DNA of 64,000 nucleotides, from the NCBI GenBank assembly GCA_043228905.1, contig JBHGNT010000012.1, forward strand, positions 4,526,001 to 4,590,000, in the 5' to 3' direction. The first letter of the stretch is position 1. Each line of letters begins with the position of its first letter. Under the pieces are notes generated by a model, which was given only the letters and a program-made list of their open reading frames with translations, was not told the DNA's origin and did no database searches. This DNA is from Azolla caroliniana (lineage: Eukaryota > Plantae > Polypodiophyta). Positions 1-13,764 of the stretch are shown here, one piece after another. The position numbers were made by a program, and so were the translations under genes.

Positions 1-977
1 ATTGTCGGCATAGGAGATGTGTGGTTGATGACATCAACCGGATGCAAGTTGTTGTTGAAGGATGTCTGACACATTCTGGAGGTTCGGTTAAACCTAATAC
101 CAACCGGTCGGCTAGATGATGAAGGCTACACGGGTAGCATCCGGAATGGAGTCATGAAGTTTTACAAATGAAGCTTAATCGTGGCTCGAGCCTGGAAGAT
201 CAACACACTGTACTTGATGCATGCCCGGATATGCCAGAAGAAGTGAATGTGGCATCCAAAAAGGCCGGTGAGTTGTGGCACAAGAGGTTGTGCCACATGA
301 GCCAGAAAGGGATGAGAAGATTTGCCGAAGATAACCTCATTCCGGAGGTGAAAGACGTGTAGCTTGAGAAGTGCATTGATTGCTTAACCGGCAAGCAGAA
401 CCGAACCTCTTTCCAGTCAAGACCACCGATGAGACGGAATGCCCCGCTGAAACTTCTAAATACCGATGTATGTGAAGTGGACACGAAGTAACATGTTGGA
501 TTGTAGTACTTTGTGGCGTTCATAGACGACCACAGCCGAAAGCTGTGGGTCTCATCGTTGAAGACAAAGGACCAAGTATTATCCGTCTTCAAGGACATCC
601 ACATGAGAGTGGAAAGAGAAATAGGTCGGAAGCTGACGGAAGTTCAAGTAGAAAATGGAGAAGAATATCGGGGGCAGTTCGAGGAGTACTACCAGTTGAA
701 GGGAATCCGGCTCAAATTCACCATGCCGAAGACACCGGAGCTAAATGGATTGGCCAAAAGGATGAACCAGACTGTGATGGAGAGAGTCCGTAGCATGATG
801 GCACATGTTAAACTGCCAAAGACATTTTGGGTTGAGGCGCTAATGACAGTGACGTACGTGATAAACAGATCACCCTCCGCGCCCGTGGAGGGAGACTCAC
901 CGCGGAAAGTATGGACCGGTAAAGATGTGTCTTACCGGCATCTAAAGGTGTTCGGCTGTATCACTTATGTGCATGTT

Positions 978-1870
978 TATTTTTTTTCTAGAAAGATTTC
1001 CTTCATTAGTATTAAGAAAAAATGTCGTAAGGCTACAAATGGTACAATTAGAGAGTGTTATATACATAAAGGATAATCAGGGGAAGGGCCAGGGATGATG
1101 ATATTTCCAGATAGGTCCTTGAGAGGAGACCATGAATAGAGGCAACTTCCTCCATAACTGCAGTAATTTTTACAACCTCCGAAGGGCCTGACATATTGTC
1201 ATATTGCCCATGCACTGCCACCAATAAGTTGTCCCATAAATCTAGCAATATATCTAAGAGAAGGGGAATTATAGAATCGTATCGTCTTTTACACCAATAC
1301 TTCCCTAAGTTCCATAATGTACCCGTGGATACTGTTTTCCATACATGGGTTGCACGTAATTGCTTTCGAGGTTGCTGAAAAGGGGAGATAGATATTAGAT
1401 GCCTATTGACGACTGTCTTAGCCTCTAGAGCATCATTTGCCTCATACAATAAGAGACTGGAATGGAGAAGCCCCCAAACTGTTCATCCCCAGGAGAATAG
1501 GCAACATAAATTAATTGTTAGGAATAAAGAAAGAACTTTATTCCATACTTGTTGGGCTATTGAACAAGACTAGAGAGCATGCTTGGTAGTTTCCTGCAAG
1601 TCACCACAATAACTACATTGTCTAAGAATGGGTGCCACGTTTCCTTTCAAAGATTGACCTACTGGTAGTGCTGCATGTAGTAAAAGCCATTTGAAGAGAG
1701 TGTATTTTGTTGGTTCCCTAAAAGACCAAATCCATTTCCAATAAGCCTTCAAGTGATTGCTTGATACACCCCACTTATTCCACTGCTTTTGAGCTGCAGG
1801 AGTTGGAATATTCTTAGACATGAGTAAGGTTCTACCAAATTTCACAATATACTAAAAGAACAGAAATTTT
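978..1870 (-). mobile_element. 5'-truncated L1-type LINE fragment (zf-RVT C-terminus) inserted in the copia integrase
   Basis: KYTLFKWLLLHAALPVG...CSYCGDLQETTKHAL. T-run at 978-987 is the minus-strand poly(A). TSD TGCATGTT at 970-977 and 1871-1878. Removing the insert restores the copia reading YVHV|AKDKREKLD. Confidence 0.9.
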
Positions 1871-3915
1871 TGCATGTTGCAAAGGACAAGAGAGAAAAAT
1901 TGGATCCGAAGTCCCGACCATGCATATTCCTTGGATACAATGATGATGAGTTCAGTTATCGAGTGTGGGACATGGTCGACAGGAAGGTCTTCCGGAGTCG
2001 AGACATAATCTTCATGGAAGACAAGAACATTGCCGACTGGGAGTTGGAGAAGAAGATGATGGACTCTAGGCCAACCGATAGAGATCAGTTGAAGGATACA
2101 AGGTCCCATCCGGTCGGAAGTCAGATGACACTCGAAGAACCAGTCGGACTCAGACAAGAAACCAAACTAACCGAAGAAGAAGAAGAATTGGACACCCGAA
2201 TCGAACAAGCTCCTGAATTGGATTTGGACGAGGAACAAATGAAGGAACCAGTGGATGTGAACCAAGGAAGAAGATACCCTCTAAGAGAGAGAAGCCCCCC
2301 CCAAATATTTCCAGATGCAGAGCATGTGCTGCTGACCGACGAGGGGGAGCCGGAAAGCTTCGAAGAAGCAAAGAAAGACACCCACAACCGCAAGTGGTTA
2401 AGTGCCATACAGGATGAGATGGATCCCCTGCATGAAAACCACAGATATGAATTGATGGAGCTGCCAAAAGGAAAGAGAGCACTCCACAACAAGTGGGTGA
2501 ACTAGCATAAACCGGGAGACACTAGAAATCCATCAAGGTAAAAAGCCCGCATTGTGGTGAAGGGCTTCCAATAGAAAAAAGGAGTGGATTTTGATGAGAT
2601 CTTTTCCCCGGTAGTAAAGATGACATCCATCCGGACTGTGTTGAACAAAGCGGCAAGCATGGACCTTGAGGTAGAGCAACTAGACGGCAAGATAGCGTTC
2701 CTACACGAGGACCTCAAAGAAGAGATCTACATGCCACAGCTAGAAGGATTCATCAAGAAATGGAAGGAGCACTTGGTATGCCGGTTGAAGAAGAGCTTAT
2801 ACAGATTGAAGCAAGCTCCCTAGCAATGGTCTCGGAAGTTCGACTCCTTCATGACCGACCAAGGATACCACAAGACATAGGCCGACCACTGCGTATTTGT
2901 GAAGAAGTTCGAGAGAGGAGAGTTCTTGATACTATTGTTGTATGTGGATGACATGTTGATCGTCGGATGGGACCATATCAAAATAAAAATACTGAAGAAG
3001 GCTTTGAGCCGGTCATTCTCAATGAAAGATATGGGTCCCGCGAGACAGATCCTAGGGATGCACATAATCGGGGACCGGTCGAAGAAGCAGTTGTGGTTGT
3101 CATAGGAAAAGTACATGAGAAAGGTGCTTCAAAGGTTCAGCATGTCGGATGTTAAGCCCGTCGGGTCGACACTTCCGGCATACTACAAGCTGTCTAGAAA
3201 GCAAAGTCCGAAGAACAAGATGGAGAAGTTTGAGATGATGAAGATACCATATGCCTCCGTCGTCAGAAGCTTGATGTACACAATGGTGTGTACCCAGCCG
3301 GATATTGGATATGTTGTTGGAGTGGTCAGTCGGTTCAGGAGCAATCCGGGAAGAGAACATTGGACCATAATCAAGTGGATACTCCGGTACTTGAAAGGCA
3401 CCTCCAATATGTGCCTCCGATTCGACTCAGGAAAACCTCAACTTGAAGGATTCATGTATTCGGATATGTCGGCTCATGCAGACTTCTGGATATGTCATGA
3501 CAAAGGCAGGGGGGAGCCGTATCGTGGCAGTCGAGGCTACAGAAATCCGTTGCACTATCGACAACGGAGGCGGAGTACATGGCGGTCGTAGAAGCCAGTA
3601 AGGAGGTAATCTGGATGAAGGACTTCATCGGAGAGCCAAGAATCCGGCAGGAGGAATTCCGATTCTATTGCGTTAGTCAAAGTGTCATCCACCTTGCAAA
3701 GAACATGGTGTACCACTCCAGGATGAAACACATCCAGCGTAGATACCATTGGCTCTCGCAGAGAGTAGAAAATCAAGACTTCGCACTGTTGAAGTTCCAC
3801 ATGGAGGAGAACGGATCAGGCATGCTAACCAAGGTGCTAACAACTGACAAGCTGGACGCATGCAGGAGACGGATAAGATTGGCAAGACATCCCATGCCAA
3901 AGTAAAAGGGGAGCT

Positions 3916-4286
3916 TGTTGGGAAATCGGTCCCTCCATATGAGATCCGGAAACCGGATCGGATGGATCCGATGTGAACCAGATCAGATGGATCCGATGTG
4001 AACCGGATCCAGGGACATATCTATAAATATGTTTTTCTATTGTAACCGCCGGTTGGCGAAGATACAAGGTTCGAGGTCGTTGCCTCTGAGTCTCACATTG
4101 TATCCTCTTCTTATAGTGATAGTTGGAGTTTGTGGGCTCCCGTGGTTTTTTTTCCCTATTAGGGTTTTTCACGTTAACATCTTGTGTCCTCTTTGTTGTC
4201 TGTGTAAGTGTATTAATCTCCATTTCTGTTTTGTTCTTCCACTGAGTGTTTAAGACTCGGTTGTGGCCGAGCACCATTTCCGCACA
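3916..4286 (+). repeat. 3' LTR of the copia element; related to the LTRs at 20316, 27949, 39177 and 51257
   Basis: Starts TGTTGGGAAATCGGTCCCTCC directly after the PPT. Shares TGTAACCGCC and CTCGGTTGTGGCCGAGC blocks with the other copies. Confidence 0.8.
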
Positions 4287-5425
4287 TGACGTGGGATAGG
4301 TCTGTCTTTATTTCGTAAAAATTCTCATGAGTGACGTAGTGTACTCCGGATGTTGTGGACCGATTCATGAGGTAAACGACAATGTTTGTCGCTTTAGCCC
4401 AGTATGACTTATGAAGGTTCTTTTCATTCATCATTGCCCTAGCCACCTCTAATATGTGCCAATTTTTCCTTTCGATGACACTATTTTGTTGAGGTGTGTG
4501 TCGGCAAGTGAACTCTTGCTAGATTCCTTCTTGTCAAAGGTATGCAATGAAGACGTCGGAGAAGTATTATTTACCTCTTCTCGATCGTAGACATCTTACA
4601 TGTCTACGGTTGCCTTTTCGACATCCCTTTTGAACTTTTGGAAGTGTGAGAGCACTTCACTCTTTTTCCGCATAGGGAAGATCTAGGTGTCTCTAGAGAA
4701 GTCATCGATGAATGTGACATAATATCGGCATCCACCGAAGGTTGCTCTCTGGGCTGGTTCCCATACATCTAAATGTATTACATCGAAGACTCCTTTGCTT
4801 ATGTTTCTCTCCTTTGAGAATGATTGTCGATGTTGTTTGCTGAATACGGAAACTTCACATATACCTGGAATCTCCTTCTCGGTAAAGGTCGAGAGTCCGA
4901 TCACGACTCCTTTCGACTACATGCCCTTGAGCTTCTGGAGATTGATGTGGCTGATCCTTTTGGGCCATAGCTCTATGTCGACGTCAGTTCCTTGATGTTG
5001 AAGGTGTAGCTTGCAATCAACATATCGCTTTGTTGAATACTATTCAACTCTTGAAGGAATTGAAGTTTCCATTCAGTCATGTTGGCCGCGAAGATCTTTT
5101 TGAGGTTTCCCCATGCCTCCTTTGGGTTCTTAGCCTCTCGGATGTAGCTGAGCATGTGATCATGAATGCATGATGCAAGGCAATACAACACACAGTTTGC
5201 CGCTTGCTCCCATGTTGGATAGTCGATGCGTGTTGGATTGGGTTGCGTTCCTTGTGCTCCCTCCATATAACTGCAATAATCTTGGCCGACAGGGTATTGG
5301 TGCATTTTGTATTCCCAAGATACAAAGTTATTTCTACCTAGTTTTTTACTCAAGAGATAACTGCCCATCTGAGTATTCATGATGGTCGACTTGGTTGAAA
5401 CAAGTTTTCTTCACTATGATACGAA
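4287..5425 (-). mobile_element. Internally deleted copia remnant (gag N-terminus fused to GAG-pre-integrase/integrase), related to the 42932-48599 element
   Basis: KKLGRNNFVSWEYKMHQY..., then directly ELWPKRISHIN and YYVTFIDDFSR, MARAMMNEKNLHKSYW. Confidence 0.85.
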
Positions 5426-5959
5426 CTGTGTGGGGTTGCTACTACAACGATAAGCCCATATACACACGGATGGGCTTGGATCAAGCTACCAATCGCTCTA
5501 ATACCTAGTAAAGAATCGGGTGTGATTCTATGCAATGGAAGGGGTGTGTGTGTGTGTGTGTGTATGAAAGAGAGAGAGAAAAGCACTGATAGATAGAAAA
5601 CTAGAAAATTGTATTAACAAGAAGAACAATGAAACAACAATTACAAAGAAGAGGAGAAGATGTTTATGTAGTCGTCTTCTCTCTATGTTCTCTCACTACA
5701 ACCACCTCTTGGGAAGGAAGTGAAAGACTTAACTCCCTAGTAACTATGTGTCATAGAACCTAACTTCTATGACACATTAGTTATGATACAAAGTGGTGGG
5801 GTTTTCACACACTTTGCTATTCCTAAGGTGTGTTCCCACACTGAGGAAGTTGAGTTTGATTCTCAACACTCTTCCCATCATGACTTTGAATCTAGGCATA
5901 GGCAGATCCATTCTCAAGCACTTTAGTCTCCATTTGTGGTACTGTGATATATGGTTAAT

Positions 5960-6740
5960 CAAGAATGATTGATTACTACAGCAATTCTTGCACTATAAAT
6001 TGTTGCTCTAGCTCAACATCGCCAACATTTACTTGCACATTTAGGCAAGCCCCATGTAGCTCCTCGATGGCTCTCGTAGCCACTTATCTTTTACCCATGT
6101 CAATTGTTGATCGATCAATATCTCTTCCAATTATCGATGTCTTCATGGGGTTACAATTGTCACCTAGCCTAGTGCAACCTTGTAGAATGACTATCAACAT
6201 ATTCTTTTTCGACCTCACCCCCTTTAGTCGTGATAGCACTCATTAACACATTCATGGGTTTAGATCCTTCTATTTGGTGGATTGCCTCTTTCACTTCATA
6301 AAGTTTATGAAGATGTTGTGAAACGTCTTCACATTCCCCAAGATCTCTTGTAAGGCAATTTCCACCCAACTAACCAAAATTCATTCCCTAGACGTTGTAA
6401 TGGCAGCCCCCCCCTCTCTTTTTCCCTTTGATCTAGTAAAGAGCCCATACCTAGATCCTTTCTTCTTCTAGCCTCTCGAGAATCATGCTTCTTCAAAGGT
6501 TAGGTTCACTCGTCTAGTCCTTTTCTCTTCTTCTCGATCAAAACTTCATCATTTTGGCGAACGGTCTTTACAAGGCCCATTGTCTCATCCATACGTTCAT
6601 TCCATACTTTCTTCATTTGTAGTCATCCATCAGCTTCATCATCCTCTTCTTTTTCGAGTTTCCCCTTCCTAACATGCTCAAATTTGGCTCCGGCAGACTC
6701 CTTCACAAGGGCCTCGTCCTTGATTTTCAAAATAATTGGC
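5960..6740 (-). mobile_element. Highly degenerate Ty3/gypsy gag-protease remnant
   Basis: Minus strand near 6000-6080 reads ATRAIEELHGACLNVQVNVGDVELEQQF, homologous to the gypsy protease region at 42700-42800. Confidence 0.55.
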
Positions 6741-7663
6741 CAAAATACTATTAGTAAACATATTGAAAGATTTGAGCCACTACTACAAAAGAGGGTAACA
6801 TCATGATTCATAGTCTTGATTTCTTTTTCTAGCATTTTCTTCTACTACATTATATTCATTTTCCCGTATACTAGCTTTTACAAATACTACTTACATTTGT
6901 TGCATCAAGATGATCATAATGTGGTGGTGCAAGTTGATGAAGTCCTATAACTCAATATTAATGGAAATAAATGCCTTAGGGTTTTAATTGTATCAACCTT
7001 TAGTAGTAGTAATCTTTATAGAATTTGAGAATGTATGAACCCATGTCATAAATTCTAAGTGATATTAACATCCATAGTAAGGCACATAGCTTGTATTGGC
7101 TATTGTGTGCAACGTAGCACCTATAACATACATAGATTTTTTTTAATGCTCATAAAACAAATTTATGAGATATTAGTTGATTTGACATATGGGGAACATC
7201 CATAAAAAACGTGTGGCAATACTATCTTAATGTTGTCTTGGGGGCCACAGAAAACTCATACAAATATGACATGTGACAAATACTTCTAAAAACCATCTAA
7301 AATAGCCGTAAAGATTTTGGCTTGAAAAACATTGTAGAATATATGCTAAAGAAACTTTAGAATCGCCATGTGTCAAAACTATTTGTAATGAATGCAAAAA
7401 ATAAATAAAAAATATATAAGGTTGTTATCTTTCACCAAAGAAACCTACATGTTTTTTAGTAGGTTTTGAAAAATGAACTTATCTTATCAACAATCAAAAC
7501 ATATAACGTGGTGGCCAACATTATTTTGACTATTCTTGGGACAAGTGATTCATTGATTATATTAGAGATGATTATCAAGTACATTATAAATACATAATAA
7601 GCATGCCTTTAGGAACAAGAAGTAATATACTTCATGAATATGAAGTATGGAGTTCTTTCCATA

Positions 7664-9404
7664 TTAGATGATGACCTTTTTCCTAGGTATGGCAATGAGA
7701 GGATCAACGCGACGAAGGATAATTCCACATTCATCGGACATGTCTAAAGTGCGTTTTCCTGGAGGGAGCACAAGCTCCCACTTGTCAAATGCATGAACTA
7801 GGTTTGCCATAGTGACCTCTACTAAGGGTACGGCAAGGTTCACACTTGGACACATCCTTCTCCCTGAACCAAATGGAAGGAGCTCAAAATGATGCCCCTT
7901 CACATCCATAGAACTATAAGCATCGGACAAGAACCTCTCGGGGAGAAACTTGTCTGGGTCATCCTTCCATGCTGTGGGATCACGCCCGATTGCCCACGCA
8001 TTTACAAAAAGCCTTGTCCCTTTTGGGATCGAATAGCCGCCCACGTCATGACAAACATCAAGTGACATGTGTGGCATCAACAAAGGTGCAGTAGGATGCA
8101 TGCGTAATGTTTCCTTAACGATGGCCCTAAGATATGGTAGCCTTGGGATGTGTGACTCTGTGACATGCCCTTCTTGCCCAACCACTGCATTGAGCTCATC
8201 TCGAAGCTTCCTTGCAATGCGCGGATTTGACAAAACTTCACACATCCCCCAATCTATCGCTGCACTTGTTGTGTCACTCCCGGCTGCAAATAACTCCTGC
8301 ACTAGGCATCAAGAAAGACATAAACCACACACACATTCATAACATGTTATAAAGTTATATATGTCTAATTTGGCTTTCATAGTCCACCTCATGTGTCTAC
8401 AACTTACAAGTTCTCTTAGGGAAGTAATGTTAGTGTCTTCAAGTTCCCGTAGGGTAGTAATGTTAGATATTCTCACTCACCATTATGGATGCTTTAATGA
8501 CCCCTTTGCTAAGTTTGTTTTCTCGCAACAAGAACATGTCTAGAATGTTTCCAGCCAATTCATTCCTAGACAGTAGATCCTTCTCGTGAGTGTCGATGAT
8601 GTGGTCCATGAAATCATCAAACGAAGACTTCCACTTCATCATTGATGCCTTTGTCTTGTTGTCGATAAAACTGAGAAAGGGTATGAATTCACCGACAAGG
8701 GGGGCACCGAGTAGCTTCGTGAATTCGTGGACGAGTTGTGTGAGGGTCAAATGTGTTGTTGGTACCATTGTGGTTGTCATTGTAGGCTTGACGAAAACAC
8801 TTTCGATTCTTCGACGGAGTATCATACGGCATATGATGTCCTCAACGAGGTTTCCAATGCAGGTGGTGAGATTGACGGGATCTCCGGACTCGCTTGCAGG
8901 GACTAGCCGAGTCTCGATTAGGCGACGGATCTCAGGCAAGATGATTTCAGATTGGAACTCTCCGATTCGGCGAGGGCTGAAGAGCTGGTTGATGTAGAGC
9001 TTTCGGGCCTCTTTCCATTCATCACTATAAGGGAGGAACGTGACCGCCTTAGCTCCGTGCTCCTCACCCATGAGGACCTTTGCATTAGTGAAGGGGGGTC
9101 GGCTTGCGAATGTCTTGTCGTGGGTATGGAGAAGTTTGTGGGCGATGGTTGGGCTGGAGACGATGACTACGGGTATGGACCCAAGTTGGAGGAAGAAAAT
9201 GGGCCCAAATTTCTTAGCAAGGATAGCAAAGTATCGGTGTCGGGTCGTACCCGCAATGATGAGGTTCAGAAGGTTGCCTAGAATGGGAGCAGGGAAAGGG
9301 CCGGGGGGAAGTTTGTATAATCTCCTCTTGACCCATGCATGTGCAACCCAAACCCCGACTAGGGTTATTGAAGAGATTAAGAAAATGTATGATAACGTAG
9401 TCAT
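7664..9404 (-). CDS. Cytochrome P450, CYP71 clan (A-type; CYP75/76/736-like). Exon 1 9404-8481, phase-0 intron 8480-8297, exon 2 8296-7664; about 518 aa
   Basis: N-terminal TM helix plus PPGP hinge, FASRP, AAGSDTT (I helix), KETLR (ExxR), PERF and PFGSGRRMCPS heme motif. Donor ATG|GTGAGT and acceptor TGCAG|GAG join the two ORFs in frame at the conserved A-type intron position. Confidence 0.95.
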
Positions 9405-9444
9405 GACTTCCCAATTGGATTCATAAGGACCATAGCCTAATCAC

Positions 9445-9455
9445 TATATATATAT
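9445..9455 (-). promoter_or_regulatory. Candidate TATA box of the P450
   Basis: (TA)n tract about 40-50 bp upstream of the P450 ATG. Confidence 0.45.
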
Positions 9456-12055
9456 GAGCCCCGAAAACATGATGACATGACAATGGCGAGAGGGCATGTC
9501 GGTGAAAGTGTGGAATTAGTGTCGTAAATGAACGTAACCAACCCCCCTCGGTAATGCCTAATGTGTTTTTCAAGGTCATGTATGTGTATATATGATGCTA
9601 GTATGTTCACTAGTACAAAAACATGAAACACATTTTTAGTCGGTGATTGCACCATGTAAAACTCGTTCATTTTGGAAAATGAACCTCACATCTTATCGTT
9701 GTGAAGCCTTTACCTTTTTGTCAGTCCTTCCTTCCTTTTGATTTTCCATCATTATTGTTTTCTAGCTAACACATTGAGAAACCAATTTCCATGTGGGGCT
9801 CTTCTTCTTGATCATTCGTCCACATCTTTTATTTAACATATCTATGCATACTAAATTCTTGCTTGAAATCATGTGGTTATTAGATGGAACGACACTCTAA
9901 CTTATGTTGAATAGTGTATGCATACTAAATTCTTGCTTGTGGGGATATGTGATGATGGAGAATAATGATTGTGTGAGAGAGAGGGATTGATTTAAAGTAG
10001 TGCCTCACCATTGGTGGTATTTACTTGATGTTGATATCTGCTCACCTAATTACAAAACATATTGCTAATGAAATAACCTTGCCGATTCTCGCACCACCAC
10101 CATGCATATCCCTACCATCTTAATCATAATTATTTGTAAAATTCTGAATTAACTAGGGTCTCATTCAATGTCATACACTTGTCTTCTTTTTCTTGTTATT
10201 GGTTTAATGAAGTTACTAACAATCTTTGTATGATGTGTTTTGTCACATGATCATAAAACTTTAGCGCCAAATATCCATCAATGTGTGCATTTCTTGGATT
10301 TTGAAGGGCATTTTAGGGATTGGTATGTTTAATAGAACAAGATCAATTAATAGTTGTGTAGCTTAATCAAATGTTTTACTTAATATTAGTTAGCTAGTTT
10401 TAAAGACAAACATCTCTAATTGGGCATCTGAATTATAAAAGCTTTTGAAAGAACTTGAGCTTCCCAAAAGTCGAAACAACAATAATAATGACAAGGTTGA
10501 ACCATCAAAAGGTACATTCTATCTTACATAATGACTTATTCACCTTGTAATAATAGATACTAACAATATGTAGTAATCAAAACATGAGGAAAGCTTGAAA
10601 GATTGTTTAGATAAGTTGTTGCAATTTATACGCGTGTCAAAAATCATACCAAAATAATGAAAAGAATGTTGTACCATCTAATGGCACTTAAGAGTGTGAA
10701 TTCATCTTTACTGTTGATAAACTTAGCTTTATTTGCCGTAGGACCATCTTTGGCGAAATAGATATGTGAATATATATAACTATGGATCTATAGTGCAACA
10801 AAAAAGAGAGATAACTTCAAACCATATGATGTTATGTAACATCACTAGTATATCAATGTACGGAATCACAAGACTTTGGAGACATTATTCACTCATTTCA
10901 TGAGTCCATATCACTTGTCCAATTAAACATTACACAATCATGTGCATGTGTCCATTTGTATATTGAATTATAATGACCATACAATATTGGATAACTTAGT
11001 GCTACAATTTATTATTGATAAATATTAATGATTAATATGAAAACAATTTATTTTATAATCAATGTATTTCTTCTTAAGATTCTGTGAATGATATTATTTA
11101 ATCTAAAGCATAATCATATGATCGTGGCACAAACAAAAACTTCATGATCTTTTTGTTGTTTCAAGGTTGCTTTCCGTTATAAGGGCCTACAATGGTTGGA
11201 TTGGCAATGTCATCTTAAATAAATATTCGGAGATGAGAGAAACTAAAAAAAACAGACACGTACACGAATGCTTTCTTGTTTCAATGTTGCTTTCCATTAT
11301 AAAGGCCTATAATGGTTTGCTTGAAAAAAATGTAATGTCATCTTTAAATAACTATTCGGAGGTAATGAAAACTAAAAGACAGAAACGTACTAGAATGTTT
11401 TGTTTGTCAAGGTAATGTATGTAATGTTAAAAAAACCCAAGAAATTGAAGGTTGAAACAAACATTTGATACCTCATCCTCGCCTTCAATAAATCTCGTTG
11501 TACAATATTATGTTTATGTGATCAAGTAAACATTCAAGGATGTTACATGGGTCTTAGAATCTCATGGCATGGAGCATGCATCTTCATGTCTGTGAATCTT
11601 GTGCATTATGTACTCATAAAGTTTTTATCAATCACTTGAATGACAATTGATCAAATGACATACATTCATAGGTCATTCTAAACAAAATTTTAGCTGCAAG
11701 GTTGACATTAAATGCAATTTAAGTAATTCCTACAATGAGAAACCTAGTTGCAATATTCACACTAAATTTTGGCCCTGATTGTAGGTATTTTCCTCTTTGG
11801 TGATGCAAAAATAATGTCCATTCCACATTAAATCTAGACTTGGATTCATCCTAAACATTTGCTTGTCATTGTTGTGATGTTCTCAACAATAATGTTATTA
11901 AAACATAGTTTCTTGCACTTTTGGCTATAATATTCCTATAATAGACATAAGAAAGTTATTTGTTGTGAGGATATATTTGTGCAACATTTGTTTGGTTTAC
12001 AAAAGGCATCTTTACCACTTAATATTCCTTGTTTTCTAGGAGACTAGAGAAGCGT

Positions 12056-12770
12056 TGTCACGTGTACATGTGGGTGTGTGCTACTCAAGCAGAACCACGG
12101 GGGTCTCGGACCAGGGAGTAAAGGAGGGTCGAGGACTCACGCTTGTCGGAGAACTTTGTCAAACAAGCTCGTATACTTGTCGATTTAAGCGCTCGTCAAC
12201 CTTAGGGACTCGTCGAAGGATTACTGGAAGAGAGATGCCCTTATTGAGGGGAGATGCGTTGGCATGCCGAATCTATCCCACAACACGTGGACAAGCGAAC
12301 ACATGAGGAAAGGTTAATGCACACGACATAAATGTTCGAATGCCTTTGTGAAAGGGGAGGTGCATGGGCATGCCCGAATAAACCCCAAGTCACAAGGACA
12401 AGCAAACGCAACAGAGGAAAGCGAACACACAAGGCATGAATGTTCAAATGGCTTTGTGAAAAGGACAGGTGCATGGGCAAGCCCCAATCAACCCTAAGTC
12501 ACAAGGACAAGCCAATGCATGAGAGGAAGGCTAACACACAAGGCACGAATGTTCAAACGCCTTTGTGAAAAGGAGGGGTGCATGGCAAGCCCAAATCAAC
12601 CCCAAGTCACAAGACAAGCAAATGCATGAGAGGAAGGCTAACACACAAGGCACAAATGTTCAAATGTCTTTGTGAAAAGGAGAGGTGCATGGGCAAGCCT
12701 GAATCAACCCCAAGTCATAAGACAAGTGAACACACAAGAAGAAGACTAACATACAAAATTTGGGAGTAAG
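12056..12770. repeat. Gypsy-type LTR-like sequence containing about four tandem copies of a ~108-bp unit (12300-12750)
   Basis: Starts TGTCACG...ACCACGGGGGTCTCGGAC, like the LTRs at 42803 and 53662. Repeat units start at about 12306, 12415, 12524 and 12631. Confidence 0.65.
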
Positions 12771-13290
12771 GTTGGCTGAAAAGACACTTGATTATAACAA
12801 AAGAGTACCCAATACAAAATAGGATTTCAATTGCAAGAAAGAAAGAGGGGGTGGGGGGTTACACAGTAACAACTTCTAGTTAACGACGAGCTCAACAAGG
12901 TAACTTAAGGAGATGGATGGAACAAAGTAGTGTATGCCCTTCATGACGAAGGCTATATCCGAAATTCAAATGAAGAACACTCGAACCACCAACGATGACC
13001 ACACGAACCACCAATGACAAACACACAAACCCATCAATGTCCCTTTCTGAATATTTAAAGTGAATAAAGGATATTATTTGTTGGGAATATGATTTGTGGG
13101 GTAATTTGATGTGTTTAACGTGTGATCCAAAGTATATTTTCTATGTGTAATCGTTCGTCTGTAATTGGTTGTAGCCGATTCGATAGGATATCTGTTACTG
13201 CGTTCCTTACAATGTTCTGAAGGTTGTCTATATCCTCAAGTGTCATGTGGATCAAATGAACTCGGGTATCCACAGAGAAAGTTATTTGGG

Positions 13291-13675
13291 TGTTACCCGT
13301 ATGAAATGTATGGGGAGGGTGAGAAACTATAGTTGTGTTGTTGTGTATGTGTAATGTATACAAGTGTGAGTGAGGATGAATATGTGTATGAACACATGCA
13401 CGTTTATGTGCGTGCATGTAAATGTGAGAGAGTGTAGGTAAGTGGTGTCTAAATGGTGAGAAGGTTATGAAGCCACCCTAACGTTCTTGATTTGTAACGG
13501 TTACCTCTTGTACATATATAAACCCCACCCATGGGGCATGAAAGAATATAGAAGAAGTTTCCCTTCAATTTGTGTCTCTCTCTTTCTCTCACTGTCTATT
13601 TCTGTTTCCCCCCCCCCTCTCTCTCCCTTCATGTTTAACCCCCTTAGAATGGCTCCAACCCCCCACCTATAAACA
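13291..13675. repeat. Probable solo LTR of the family at 19509-19838 and 42017-42400
   Basis: TGTTACCCG...CCCACCTATAAACA, reverse-complement homologous to 19509-19838. Flanks TTGGG/CTAGG form only a degenerate TSD. Confidence 0.65.
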
Positions 13676-13764
13676 CTAGGAACCCTTGGGGGTAGAGTTA
13701 CCTTCATAACTCCCATGGTTGGCTAAGTACACAATCGACGGGGCGACCCGAAGTCTGTTCCTCT

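Larger units (their letters stand above)
1..4286 (+). mobile_element. Degenerate Ty1/copia LTR retrotransposon (5' part outside the window): GAG-pre-integrase, integrase, RT, RNase H, PPT and 3' LTR
   Basis: ORF fragments carry LWHKRLCHMS, FIDDHSRKLWV, FLHEDLKEEIYM, LLLYVDDMLI and HIQRRYHWL. PPT AAAAGGGGAG at 3904-3913 is followed by an LTR from TG at 3916 to CA at 4286. Many stops and frameshifts. Confidence 0.93.

Noticed and set aside
8590-9426. Plus-strand ORFs over the P450
   Set aside because: Antisense shadows of the real CDS.
11130-11410. ~120-bp imperfect tandem duplication and an 82-aa ORF
   Set aside because: AT-rich intergenic duplication with no coding or structural signal.
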